IMG/VR virus record: IMGVR_UViG_3300037761_000323
Length of the DNA stretch: 45,917 bases
Reading direction: 5' to 3' (one strand)
Source of the DNA: a virus
Shown piece after piece: positions 22,990 through 30,583 of this stretch (the first letter of the stretch is position 1; each line of letters opens with the position of its first letter). Made by a program: the position numbers and the translations under genes. The notes under the pieces were generated by a model. That model saw only the letters and a program-made list of their open reading frames with translations. It ran no database searches and was not told the origin of the DNA.

Positions 22990-23550
22990 GTGGCCGACAA
23001 GCTGCTTTACCTCATCTTCGGCGCTGCGGCGGGCGCCTGGCTCTTCCAGAGCTGCGGGCCGGCCGACTTCATCGCCTTCCCGGAGGTGATCGTGCCCGCG
23101 GCGCGCATCGTCGAGCGCGAGCCGCCGCCGCGGCCGCCGACGATCATCGAGCGGATCGTCTACGTGGCCCCCAGGCCCGTCCAGGTCGCTCGGGCCCCCG
23201 GAGGGGCCTCCGACGCGCTCAGCGCGTTCTGCGCCCCCGTCACGCTCGTCCAGGGGCCGGATACGGTGGTGGTGGTCGACACCGTGCTCGTCCTCCGGAG
23301 CGGGGTCTACTCCGAGGCCTGGCTCCCGGGTCGGAAGGACGAGCTCCGGCTGACCGGCTTCACGAACGTCGGCGACCTCGAGGAGCGGACCTTCCGCACC
23401 CGGGGCAGCTTCGACTTCACCACCGCGGGCGGGAGCGAGGTGATCGTCCGCTACGGTCGCCTCGCTTTCGTTGGGGACCTCGTAGACGCCGGCGCCTACG
23501 GCTGGTCCCTGTTCTCACTTCTCCGCGCCGGCGTGGAGGCCTTCCGATGA
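22990..23550 (+). CDS. 186-aa membrane or secreted protein, function unknown.
   Basis: GTG at 22990 preceded by GGAGG. N-terminal hydrophobic segment LLYLIFGAAAGAWLFQSCG and a hydrophobic C-terminus. Confidence 0.55.
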   Translation: MADKLLYLIFGAAAGAWLFQSCGPADFIAFPEVIVPAARIVEREPPPRPPTIIERIVYVAPRPVQVARAPGGASDALSAFCAPVTLVQGPDTVVVVDTVLVLRSGVYSEAWLPGRKDELRLTGFTNVGDLEERTFRTRGSFDFTTAGGSEVIVRYGRLAFVGDLVDAGAYGWSLFSLLRAGVEAFR

Positions 23551-23792
23551 TGATGTGGACGGGGGATGAGGAGTATCTCCCCAAGAAGGGCGACGTGATC
23601 GAGGCGACGATCAAGTTCCCGCGGCACGAGGCACGGCGGGAGTGTCGCGTGACTACGGTGGGAAAGCACGGGCTCAGCAACGGGACCGTGCTGATGTTCG
23701 TGCACGGCCTCTACCGCACGAACCGCGGCGACTGGAGCACCGTCGAGCGCGTGCTGAAAGAACCGTGGACCTTCCTCCGGAGCGAGCCGTGA
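23547..23792 (+). CDS. 81-aa hypothetical protein.
   Basis: ORF track. ATGA overlap with the upstream gene. Confidence 0.5.
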   Translation: MMMWTGDEEYLPKKGDVIEATIKFPRHEARRECRVTTVGKHGLSNGTVLMFVHGLYRTNRGDWSTVERVLKEPWTFLRSEP

Positions 23793-24133
23793 GCCAGAGG
23801 AGCCTCTTCCCTGATCCCGAGGAGGGCCGGCGCCGGCGGGACGCGGCGCTCGCCCGCGTCGAAGAGAACGCCGGCGAGACGTGGATGGCGCTCGCCTGGC
23901 AGGCGCTCCTCGACGTCCTTGAGGAGGCGCCCATGGAGTTTACGTCAGAGCGCGTCCGCGAGCTGCTCACAGAGCGGGGCCAGTGGCCGCCGCCAAACGC
24001 TCCCCAGGCAAGCGGGGCGATCATGACGAAGGCTCGGAAGGCCGGCCTCATCGTCGACACCGGCCGCTACACCACGTCAGTCTACGCGAGCTCGAACAAC
24101 ATGCCCAAGCGGATCTGGAGGAAGGTCCGATGA
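23789..24133 (+). CDS. 114-aa hypothetical protein.
   Basis: GTG at 23789 overlaps the upstream stop (GTGA). Confidence 0.5.
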   Translation: MSQRSLFPDPEEGRRRRDAALARVEENAGETWMALAWQALLDVLEEAPMEFTSERVRELLTERGQWPPPNAPQASGAIMTKARKAGLIVDTGRYTTSVYASSNNMPKRIWRKVR

Positions 24134-24408
24134 AGGTCCGCCATTGCCGCGGCTGCTCTCAGCCGATCATCTGGACCGAAACCCAGGCGGGGAAGCGGAT
24201 GCCCGTCGACGCGAAGCCCTCGAGCGAGGGGACCTTCGTGCTCCTCAAGGCGAGCGACTACTTCGCGCTCCCGGCGGAGGACGAGACGGCGCCGATCGCC
24301 GTGCACGTCGCCAAGGCCCACGTCCACCTGACGCCCGAGCAGCTCGAGGGCCGCGATCGCTACGTCCCGCACCACGCGACTTGTCCCGACGCCAAGAGCT
24401 TCCGGTGA
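24130..24408 (+). CDS. 92-aa CxxC ... H-x-ATCP protein, paralog of the 27941-28198 product.
   Basis: MKVRHCRGCSQPIIWTETQAGKRMPVDAKP...YVPHHATCPDAKSFR. ATGA overlap. Confidence 0.6.
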   Translation: MKVRHCRGCSQPIIWTETQAGKRMPVDAKPSSEGTFVLLKASDYFALPAEDETAPIAVHVAKAHVHLTPEQLEGRDRYVPHHATCPDAKSFR

Positions 24409-24617
24409 GGAAGTGGAGGTGGATCGTCTCGAGCACGGGCTACGCGACCGACACGTACACCGTCCGCGAGGCGAGCGGCATCCAGGAGGCGCTCGATCGT
24501 TACCTCGAGGCGCACCCCGCCTGCCTCAAGACCGGCGGCTTCGTGGGCGTCGTCGATGCGGACACGGGCCGGGAGAGCCGCTTCCGCATCCGGCCACCGA
24601 AGAAGGGAACGACGTGA
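24405..24617 (+). CDS. 70-aa hypothetical protein.
   Basis: GTG at 24405 overlaps the upstream stop (GTGA). Confidence 0.45.
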   Translation: MRKWRWIVSSTGYATDTYTVREASGIQEALDRYLEAHPACLKTGGFVGVVDADTGRESRFRIRPPKKGTT

Positions 24618-25090
24618 GCGCCTCGTTCGGTTGGCCCAAGCTCAGCGTCACGCTCCCCGAGCGCTGGAGTCAGCTCTTCCCGCTCGAGTGGGGGATGTGC
24701 GAGTCGTGCGGCGCGGAGGGCGAGCTCTTCACCAAGGAGCTCGTGGTCTGGCAGGAGCAAAGCGACACCGATCGACCGACGCCCGTGGCTGTGGTGCTCT
24801 GTCCGAAGTGCTCCAAGGCGCTCGTGCCCCCGCACCCGCGGCTCTACAGATCGGTTTGGCCGAACGCGCCGCTGCCGGGGGTGATGGAGCTCTGCCGCGG
24901 CTGCCGGAAGAGGGCCGGCTACCGCTGCACCCACCCGGACTTGACGACGAACGGCGGGCCCGGCCTCGAGACCATCTACCCGGCCCCGTCGCGGGCGCAC
25001 TTGAACTACGGCGGCGGCCGCGGCGAGTGGGTACTGCTCTGGAACGGGCCGCCTACGTCATGCGCTGGCCGGCTTCCGCACGACGAGTAG
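24614..25090 (+). CDS. 158-aa Cys-rich (multiple CxxC) protein.
   Basis: CESCG...CPKC...CRGC...C. GTG at 24614 overlaps the upstream stop (GTGA). Confidence 0.5.
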   Translation: MSASFGWPKLSVTLPERWSQLFPLEWGMCESCGAEGELFTKELVVWQEQSDTDRPTPVAVVLCPKCSKALVPPHPRLYRSVWPNAPLPGVMELCRGCRKRAGYRCTHPDLTTNGGPGLETIYPAPSRAHLNYGGGRGEWVLLWNGPPTSCAGRLPHDE

Positions 25091-25603
25091 GCTCGCCGAG
25101 GAGAGCATCCAGTCCGCGCCGGTCGCGAGGAACTCGACGTCTCTCGCCACGCACGAGCCCGGCGCGTGGAGGTCCTCGATCGCGTAGAAGCCTCCGGGCC
25201 GGACGTGCGGCCACAGCGCCTCGAGGCTGACGAGCTGGTCCCAGGCCTTGTGCGATCCGTCGTCGATCACGACGTCGAAGGGCCCGTAGGCGGCCGCGAG
25301 CCGCTCGAGGAGGTCCTGGTCGGCCTGGCGGCCGCGGTAGAGGCGGACGTTGAGCTCGGCGACGTTGGGCAGCGGCCCCTTGTCGACGCCGATGATGATG
25401 GCGTCCGGGAGCCACGCGGCCCACATCCGGACCGAGGCGCCCTTGGCAACGCCGAGCTCCAGGAGGCGGCTCACCTCGAGCGGCCCGAAAAGGTGCTCGT
25501 AGTGCTCGGTGTAGCCCTTCGGTGAGAGCCCGGAGGGGACGGCGGCCGTCCCCTTGTCGGTCCCGAAGCGTGCGGCCAGCGAGCCGAGGGACGGCCGGCT
25601 CAA
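25058..25603 (-). CDS. Class I SAM-dependent methyltransferase, 181 aa.
   Basis: FGTDKG...GYTEHYEHLF...LLELGVAKGASVRMWAAWLPDAIIIGVD...FDVVIDDGSH shows GTDK-type MTase motifs I and post-I. Its 3-prime end overlaps the convergent gene by 33 nt. Confidence 0.7.
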   Translation of the reverse strand: MSRPSLGSLAARFGTDKGTAAVPSGLSPKGYTEHYEHLFGPLEVSRLLELGVAKGASVRMWAAWLPDAIIIGVDKGPLPNVAELNVRLYRGRQADQDLLERLAAAYGPFDVVIDDGSHKAWDQLVSLEALWPHVRPGGFYAIEDLHAPGSCVARDVEFLATGADWMLSSASLLVVRKPASA

Positions 25604-25797
25604 TCGAGGTCGGAGCTCTCCTCACGCTCGCGGCGAGCTTTCTCGGCCGCGCGACGGTCCGCCTCGCGAGCTCGCTCGATGCGCTGCGCGGCCGTGCCCT
25701 CCCTCGAGACGACCGTGCGCCGCCTCCACCTCGAGCGGAGGAAGAGGGTCCCTCCGATCCCGGCCAGCAACGCGACGGCGATGAGAGCGACGGTCAT
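25600..25797 (-). CDS. 65-aa single-pass membrane protein.
   Basis: ATG at 25797 preceded by GAGGAGGAATCACC. MTVALIAVALLAGIGGTLFL, followed by a charged tail. Confidence 0.6.
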   Translation of the reverse strand: MTVALIAVALLAGIGGTLFLRSRWRRRTVVSREGTAAQRIERAREADRRAAEKARREREESSDLD

Positions 25798-26447
25798 GGT
25801 GATTCCTCCTCGTTCGGGGGCGCGGCCGCGGGGAAGAGCTCCTTGCTCATCCAGTCCGAGAAGAGCCCCCAACCCTCGATGCGGCGGAAGGGCCCGGTCT
25901 GGACGAACTCGTGCGTCGAGCCGTTTGGGAACCGGACCCGGAAGCGCGACATCGCCCCCACGACGGGGGCCCCGGGCTCTTCCGGCGGTTCCTCGGGGGG
26001 CTCCTCCGGCGGCTCCTCGGGTGGCTCGACGGGCGGCTCCTCCGGCTCAGGCTCCGGGAGCGGTTCGGGCTCGGGCGGCGGCCAGGGCTCCACCTCGTAG
26101 ACGAGCGCAGGCCCCACGCCGCTGTTCTCGCCTGGCCACTTGTCGCCCCACACCTTGAAGCCGGTCCCGTCGAGCGTGAAGGCGATCCCTTTGAAGGCGA
26201 TCCCTTCACCGACCACAAGCTGCGTAATCCCGCCCGTGGCGGTGAGCAGCGCGAGGAAGTCGAGCTTGATCGCAACGGGCGTGCCCGCCGGCGGAAGCTC
26301 GGCCGGAGCCCACTCGGCGAGCTGCTGCATGAGCCACCAACGCTCCTCGAGCTCGCGGGAGTAGCGGAGGACGAGGCCCTCGCCCGTCGATGTGAAGGTG
26401 AGCTCGTACTGCGTCAGGCTCACGCGCTTGATCGCGAATTGGATCAC
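25794..26447 (-). CDS. 217-aa protein with two beta-rich halves joined by a Pro/Glu repeat spacer.
   Basis: GTG at 26447 preceded by GGAAGGAGGCATCGG. The spacer is EPWPPPEPEPLPEPEPEEPPVEPPEEPPEEPPEEPPEEPG. Confidence 0.6.
   Translation of the reverse strand: MIQFAIKRVSLTQYELTFTSTGEGLVLRYSRELEERWWLMQQLAEWAPAELPPAGTPVAIKLDFLALLTATGGITQLVVGEGIAFKGIAFTLDGTGFKVWGDKWPGENSGVGPALVYEVEPWPPPEPEPLPEPEPEEPPVEPPEEPPEEPPEEPPEEPGAPVVGAMSRFRVRFPNGSTHEFVQTGPFRRIEGWGLFSDWMSKELFPAAAPPNEEESP
25974..26090 (-). repeat. In-frame tandem P/E-coding repeat (PEEP units) inside the 25794-26447 gene.
   Basis: Reiterated ggctcctccggc / ggttcctcgggg-type 12-mers on the plus strand. Confidence 0.8.
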
Positions 26448-26874
26448 CCGATGCCTCCTTCCGATGGCTCCGGGCCCGAATGTACGGCGGCCGCTCGCGC
26501 CCGAACAGAGCCCCAAGGGTTGCGCGGGGTCGTATCATGGTCCCCCCTCGCGACGGTCGCGCGGGCGGGAGTGCTCTGGCACCGTCCACTCCCGGAGCTC
26601 GAAGGAGCCGAGGCTCGCTCAACTCGACGGGGATGTGCGATGTCTCTCGACGGGGTTCGCTGGCTGTCCCCGGACCAAACAGCTACCGGCGTCGATCGGG
26701 CGCGTGGGGCGTTACTCGATCACGGCACTCCCAGGGCGGTCGGTAGACCGCGGAGCCGCCGAGCCGGCCTACAGTGGGGCGGGACTTCATTCGTGACTCC
26801 CGCGGGGTGCGGGGTGGGGTGTCGAGAGCTCGTGGCGGGAGCGAGACCCGCCGGGCCGCGTCTACGCTCGGCCC

Positions 26875-26937
26875 AAAAAAAAAGAGGGAGTCGAGCAGGG
26901 CATCAGGACTTGACGGACCCTGAGAGCCTCGACTCCC
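26875..26937 (-). terminator. Rho-independent terminator for minus-strand transcription.
   Basis: GGGAGTCGAG (26886-26895) pairs with CTCGACTCCC (26928-26937), with an inner CAGGG/CCCTG stem. On the minus strand it is followed by TC plus T9 (A9 at 26875-26883 on the plus strand). Confidence 0.75.
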
Positions 26938-27015
26938 CCGAGCGTTGCCGCTCCCTTGCCGCTCGCGTGGCGAGAACAATCTGCGCCCCCCTCCCCCCGG
27001 TGGGCAAGGCCCCCG

Positions 27016-27231
27016 TCACGTCCGCGTGTTTCCAGCGGCTCGAGCGCCCGGCCGGCACCGGCAGGGAAGCCCCGGTCCGGCGCACTCTTCATGCGGGAAC
27101 GGCCGGCCCGGGTGAGCCTCGCACTCCCACCCCTCGCCCTGGCAGACAAGGCACTCGACGTCGATCGGCCCGAGCGCTTCGTCGATCGTCGGCAGGCGGC
27201 CGACGCGGACCGGGCGAGCTCCGAGGCACAT
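27016..27231 (-). CDS. 71-aa Cys-rich protein.
   Basis: ATG at 27231 preceded by CAGGAGTCGCGCG. VECLVCQGEGWECEAHPGRPFPHEECAGPGLPC. The terminator above follows it. Confidence 0.5.
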   Translation of the reverse strand: MCLGARPVRVGRLPTIDEALGPIDVECLVCQGEGWECEAHPGRPFPHEECAGPGLPCRCRPGARAAGNTRT

Positions 27232-27314
27232 CGCGCGACTCCTGGACCGAAGAGAAGGGGGCCGAGCACCGTTCGCCCCTGGGCAGGTTTGACAGGCTCG
27301 ACCCCCTCCGAAGC

Positions 27315-27327
27315 CCCCTCGGAAGGA
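27315..27327 (+). promoter_or_regulatory. Copy of the leader word CCCCTCGGAAGGA, oriented antisense to the surrounding minus-strand genes.
   Basis: Lies in the 123-nt gap between 27231 and 27355. No convincing plus-strand ORF follows, only an 18-codon TTG ORF. Confidence 0.4.
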
Positions 27328-27354
27328 AAGGCTCTTGGCGACAAAGCTACCGCG

Positions 27355-27609
27355 TCAGGGCTGCCCGGTCGAGGTCCTTGGTGCCTGGTAGGCTCCGGGC
27401 AACTGAGGGAGCTCGCGGAGCTCCGCACCGAGCGCCCGCTCGAAGCGCTCGACGTCAGCCGCCGCGACCCGCACGACCGCCACGTAGACATCGACGAGAA
27501 TCCCGTCCTCAGTCCAGCCCCACCACCTCCGGACCATCTTCTGGCCGGCCGGCCACTCGAGGAGCTCCGCGGTCGGGTGGAGGTCTCTCAGGAACGGCTT
27601 GGGGTGCAT
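27355..27609 (-). CDS. 84-aa hypothetical protein.
   Basis: ATG shares a base with the upstream TGA (TGATG). Confidence 0.5.
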   Translation of the reverse strand: MHPKPFLRDLHPTAELLEWPAGQKMVRRWWGWTEDGILVDVYVAVVRVAAADVERFERALGAELRELPQLPGAYQAPRTSTGQP

Positions 27610-27944
27610 CAGTCCCCCCCGGCCGGCCAGCGGACGCGCCGAGCGAAGCCCGGCGTGTCGTCGTCACCTGGATCCTGGACGTGCTCGTAGTCGCCCACGG
27701 TCTCGAGGAGCGCACGGTCGATCACCGTCAAGGGCGTGGTGACGATCTCGACGAGCGCGCATGTGCATTTCGTGATGTCGTGCGCCACGCGGCCGGGGCA
27801 TCCCGGGTCGTGGTCGACGCTGACGTGCACGGCGCCGCTCGCGTTCGGCGTGTTCGCCAGGAGGAACGGCGCAACCTCGAAGGCCGCCGCCCGAGCTCGC
27901 TCGAACGCGCCCGGACCGCCCTCCACCCACGTCACCGCCTTCAC
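27609..27944 (-). CDS. 111-aa hypothetical protein.
   Basis: GTG at 27944 overlaps the upstream stop (GTGA). The remainder of the 531-aa track ORF is the antisense-type frame of the ParB gene and is rejected. Confidence 0.5.
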   Translation of the reverse strand: MKAVTWVEGGPGAFERARAAAFEVAPFLLANTPNASGAVHVSVDHDPGCPGRVAHDITKCTCALVEIVTTPLTVIDRALLETVGDYEHVQDPGDDDTPGFARRVRWPAGGD

Positions 27945-28198
27945 GGGCCGGACACCCCCTTCTTCACCTTCTCGAGGGTGGACGCGCCGAGCGCCTGGCG
28001 CGCCGTACACGTCGCGGAGTGGGGGCGGTGGACCTCGACGTCCACCAGGACGGCCCGCTTGGCCCGCTCCGCTCCGGTCGGCGCCTTGAGCTCGAAGCCG
28101 CGCACCCGGATCGGGTGCACGTCGACGGGGAAGGTCGCATCCGTGAAGTCGTCGCGGACGTGGAGGACCTCCGCGCCGCACGTTGGACAGCTCGCCAT
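27941..28198 (-). CDS. 85-aa CxxC ... H-x-ATC protein, paralog of the 24130-24408 product.
   Basis: MASCPTCGAEVLHVRDDFTDATFPVDVHP...HRPHSATCTARQ. Confidence 0.6.
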   Translation of the reverse strand: MASCPTCGAEVLHVRDDFTDATFPVDVHPIRVRGFELKAPTGAERAKRAVLVDVEVHRPHSATCTARQALGASTLEKVKKGVSGP

Positions 28199-28201
28199 GG
28201 C

Positions 28202-29776
28202 TCAGGCCTCCGCCCGGGGGGTTACCGCGTCTGCACTCGTCTTCTTGGCCTTCTTCTTCGCCTTTTTCCGCTTGGCCTTCTTCTTCGCCTTGGCCTTGGG
28301 CTCGGCCGCCGGCGCCACCTTGGCGACGATCTTCTTCGCGTCGATGCCGAACGGCTTGAGGGCCTTCGGGACCTTCGAGGCGGCACTCCAACTGTCGACG
28401 ACGACCTGGGCGAGGACCTGGAAGGCAGCGTAGCGCACCGCGTCCTCGAGCGTCTCTCCGCGCGCCATCGTCTTCGGTAGCCGGTCGCCCCAGCCGGTGC
28501 ACGCCGCGATGATGCCATGGGGCCCGTCCATGAGGGTGAGCGGATCGGCCTCGCTGAGGTTCACGGCCAGCGCCTCGAGGAGCGCCGGCTCGGCCTTCTT
28601 CCAGCGGGCGCGCTCGGCGTCCTCCCGCTTCCGCTGCTCCTCGTACCTCCGCTGCTCGGCCGCGCGGTCGACCTTGGGCGCCGCCTGACCGTTCGCCCGC
28701 TTGGCCGCCTGCTTGATCTCCGCGGCCCAATGGACGGTGCACTTCTTCTTCGCGATGCACACGGGGAACGCCTCGCCGCGGCCGGGCCCCGCCACCACGA
28801 GCCCGAGCACCTGGTGGTCGCACACCTTCGAGACCTTCGACTTGCCACTCCAGGCCTCGACGTCCTCCTTGCCGTCCGCCCGCCGCCAGTGCTCCCGGCC
28901 GATGGTGCGCGTCTCCGGGTCCTTCGCGTCGTCGCTCACCCGATACTCCCGGGTGATGTGCACGACCTTGAGCTCGAGCTCGGTCGCCGCGCGGAGCGCG
29001 AGCTCGGTCTCGGGGAAGAGGTTGGGGAGGTCGATCTCGTCGACCCGGAAGCGGACGTGATCGCTGATCCAGTGGTCGAGCTCCCGCACGCTCACGGCCT
29101 TCCGGGGATGCTCGTCGTCGTCGTCCCGCTCGTCGTCGAGCTCGAGCCCCCACGCCCCCGGATCGGCGAGCTCCGGCATGAAGAGGCCCGTGACCTGACC
29201 CCACCGCGTCTCACCGCCGAGCGCGCGCCGCTGATCGGTGGCGCTCAGCCGGGACAGGAGGATCGCGTGGCCGGCCGTGATCTCGCCGCCGATGAAGACG
29301 TCCCGGAGCTCGGGGACGAGCTCGCGCAGCTTGAGCCGGTCGTACACGTACTTCCTCGAGCGCCCGATCTTGCCCGCGATCTGCTCGACGTCGTAGCCGG
29401 CCCTGAGCATGAGGTCCGCGTAGCCGTTCGCCTCCTCGAGGGGGTGGAGGTCGTCCCGCTGGAGGTTCTCGATCGTCTGGAGCTCCAGGCACTCGACGTC
29501 GGAGAGATCGCGCAGGATGCAGGGAACCTTGTCGATCTGCGCGATGATGGCCGCGCGGAGGCGGCGCTCCCCGACGACGAGCTCGAACCGCTCCCGGAGG
29601 CCACCCTGCACGCTGGCGCTCAGGGCTCGCACCACGATCGGCTCGATCATGCCCTTCGACGCGAGCGAGCGAGCCAGCTCCTCGAGCTTCGCCGAGTCGA
29701 ACGTCTTGCGCGGGTTCGTGGGGCTCGGCTCGATGTCCCGGACCGCAATGACCTGGAACGTGCCGAAGGCGTGCAT
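28202..29776 (-). CDS. ParB/Srx-family protein, 524 aa, with a large C-terminal extension and a Lys/Ala histone-like tail.
   Basis: IEPSPTNPRKTFDSAKLEELARSLASKGMIEPIVVR...ELVVGERRLRAA is the ParB N-terminal box. An HTH region follows (YDVEQIAGKIGRSRKYVYDRLKL). The tail PKAKAKKKAKRKKAKKKAKK is encoded at 28241-28300. Confidence 0.85.
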   Translation of the reverse strand: MHAFGTFQVIAVRDIEPSPTNPRKTFDSAKLEELARSLASKGMIEPIVVRALSASVQGGLRERFELVVGERRLRAAIIAQIDKVPCILRDLSDVECLELQTIENLQRDDLHPLEEANGYADLMLRAGYDVEQIAGKIGRSRKYVYDRLKLRELVPELRDVFIGGEITAGHAILLSRLSATDQRRALGGETRWGQVTGLFMPELADPGAWGLELDDERDDDDEHPRKAVSVRELDHWISDHVRFRVDEIDLPNLFPETELALRAATELELKVVHITREYRVSDDAKDPETRTIGREHWRRADGKEDVEAWSGKSKVSKVCDHQVLGLVVAGPGRGEAFPVCIAKKKCTVHWAAEIKQAAKRANGQAAPKVDRAAEQRRYEEQRKREDAERARWKKAEPALLEALAVNLSEADPLTLMDGPHGIIAACTGWGDRLPKTMARGETLEDAVRYAAFQVLAQVVVDSWSAASKVPKALKPFGIDAKKIVAKVAPAAEPKAKAKKKAKRKKAKKKAKKTSADAVTPRAEA

Positions 29777-30276
29777 CAGTTGGCTCCCTTAGCGAGCCCG
29801 CCGGCGTCGACCTTCGCGACGAGGGGCTTCCTCGCCGCGCGGATCACGTCGAGCACGCTCTTCCGGGCGCCGGCGACCTTCTCGTTCTCCCCGTCCTCGA
29901 GCGCGTTGAGGATCCGGATGGCCGCCGCCGCCGGGTTGGCGCTGATCTCGGCCGACACGAGCTCGGCGACCTGCTCGGTCGTCAGGTTCCACGTCCGATA
30001 GTCCTTCGCGTCCTCGAGGTCGGCCTGCAACGGGTCCTTGGCCTTCTCCGGCTTCGCCTTCTGCTCCTCCTGGACGTCGAGCGCGTAGAAGAGCCCCCGC
30101 TTCTCCTTCGTGCCCTTGAGGAGCTCGAGCTCGTCGTCGACCGGCTTCGGGTCGAAGCCTTCATCCTCGATCTTCTGGCGGAGCTTCTTGAGGGTCCCCT
30201 GGCGTTCCTTCGCCGCCAGTCCCAGGCTCCGCTTCGCCTCCGGCATCAGGTCCAGAACCTTCTTGAGCTCGTCCAT
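29776..30276 (-). CDS. 166-aa charged helical protein, function unknown.
   Basis: ATG at 30276 preceded by AAGGGGGTACAGC. Confidence 0.55.
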   Translation of the reverse strand: MDELKKVLDLMPEAKRSLGLAAKERQGTLKKLRQKIEDEGFDPKPVDDELELLKGTKEKRGLFYALDVQEEQKAKPEKAKDPLQADLEDAKDYRTWNLTTEQVAELVSAEISANPAAAAIRILNALEDGENEKVAGARKSVLDVIRAARKPLVAKVDAGGLAKGAN

Positions 30277-30583
30277 GCTGTACCCCCTTGAGTGAGTGAT
30301 CCACCGCCAACGAAAAGCACCGGAGCAGAGGCCCCGGAGTCGTCTTTAGGATGAGCATGAGCGACGAGACGAGCCGCCCGTGCTCGATCGCCGTCTCGAT
30401 CGCCGACGCGACGAGGAGCGGGAGCTCCTGCTCCTTGCCGACGAAGGTTGCGAAACTCTTGGTCTCTTCGCCGCTCGTGTCGGCCACGATCGCGATGCCC
30501 ACGGTGCCCTCGAGGATCGCCGCGTGATCCCCGGACCGGACCGTGATCTTGACCGGCTCGCCTCCTGCGATCTCCTCCTTCAT
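30161..30583 (-). CDS. 140-aa hypothetical protein. Its last 38 codons overlap the next gene out of frame.
   Basis: ATG at 30583 overlaps the stop of the annealase gene (ATGA). GC3 collapses after 30276, so the tail is probably run-on. Confidence 0.5.
   Translation of the reverse strand: MKEEIAGGEPVKITVRSGDHAAILEGTVGIAIVADTSGEETKSFATFVGKEQELPLLVASAIETAIEHGRLVSSLMLILKTTPGPLLRCFSLAVDHSLKGVQHGRAQEGSGPDAGGEAEPGTGGEGTPGDPQEAPPEDRG

Noticed and set aside
22990-23550. The 186-aa membrane protein, considered as an o-spanin or lipoprotein because of the sequence LFQSC.
   Set aside because: The residues before the Cys do not fit a lipobox (L-[AS]-[GA]-C). The gene is also in the early-type plus block, far from both lysis genes.
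26520-26870. A possible tRNA or other known structured RNA in the large non-coding region.
   Set aside because: I found several GC hairpins. I found no acceptor/D/anticodon/T-arm arrangement and no GTTCRANYC-type T-loop on either strand. No known RNA family is recognisable by eye, so this needs tRNAscan/Infernal.
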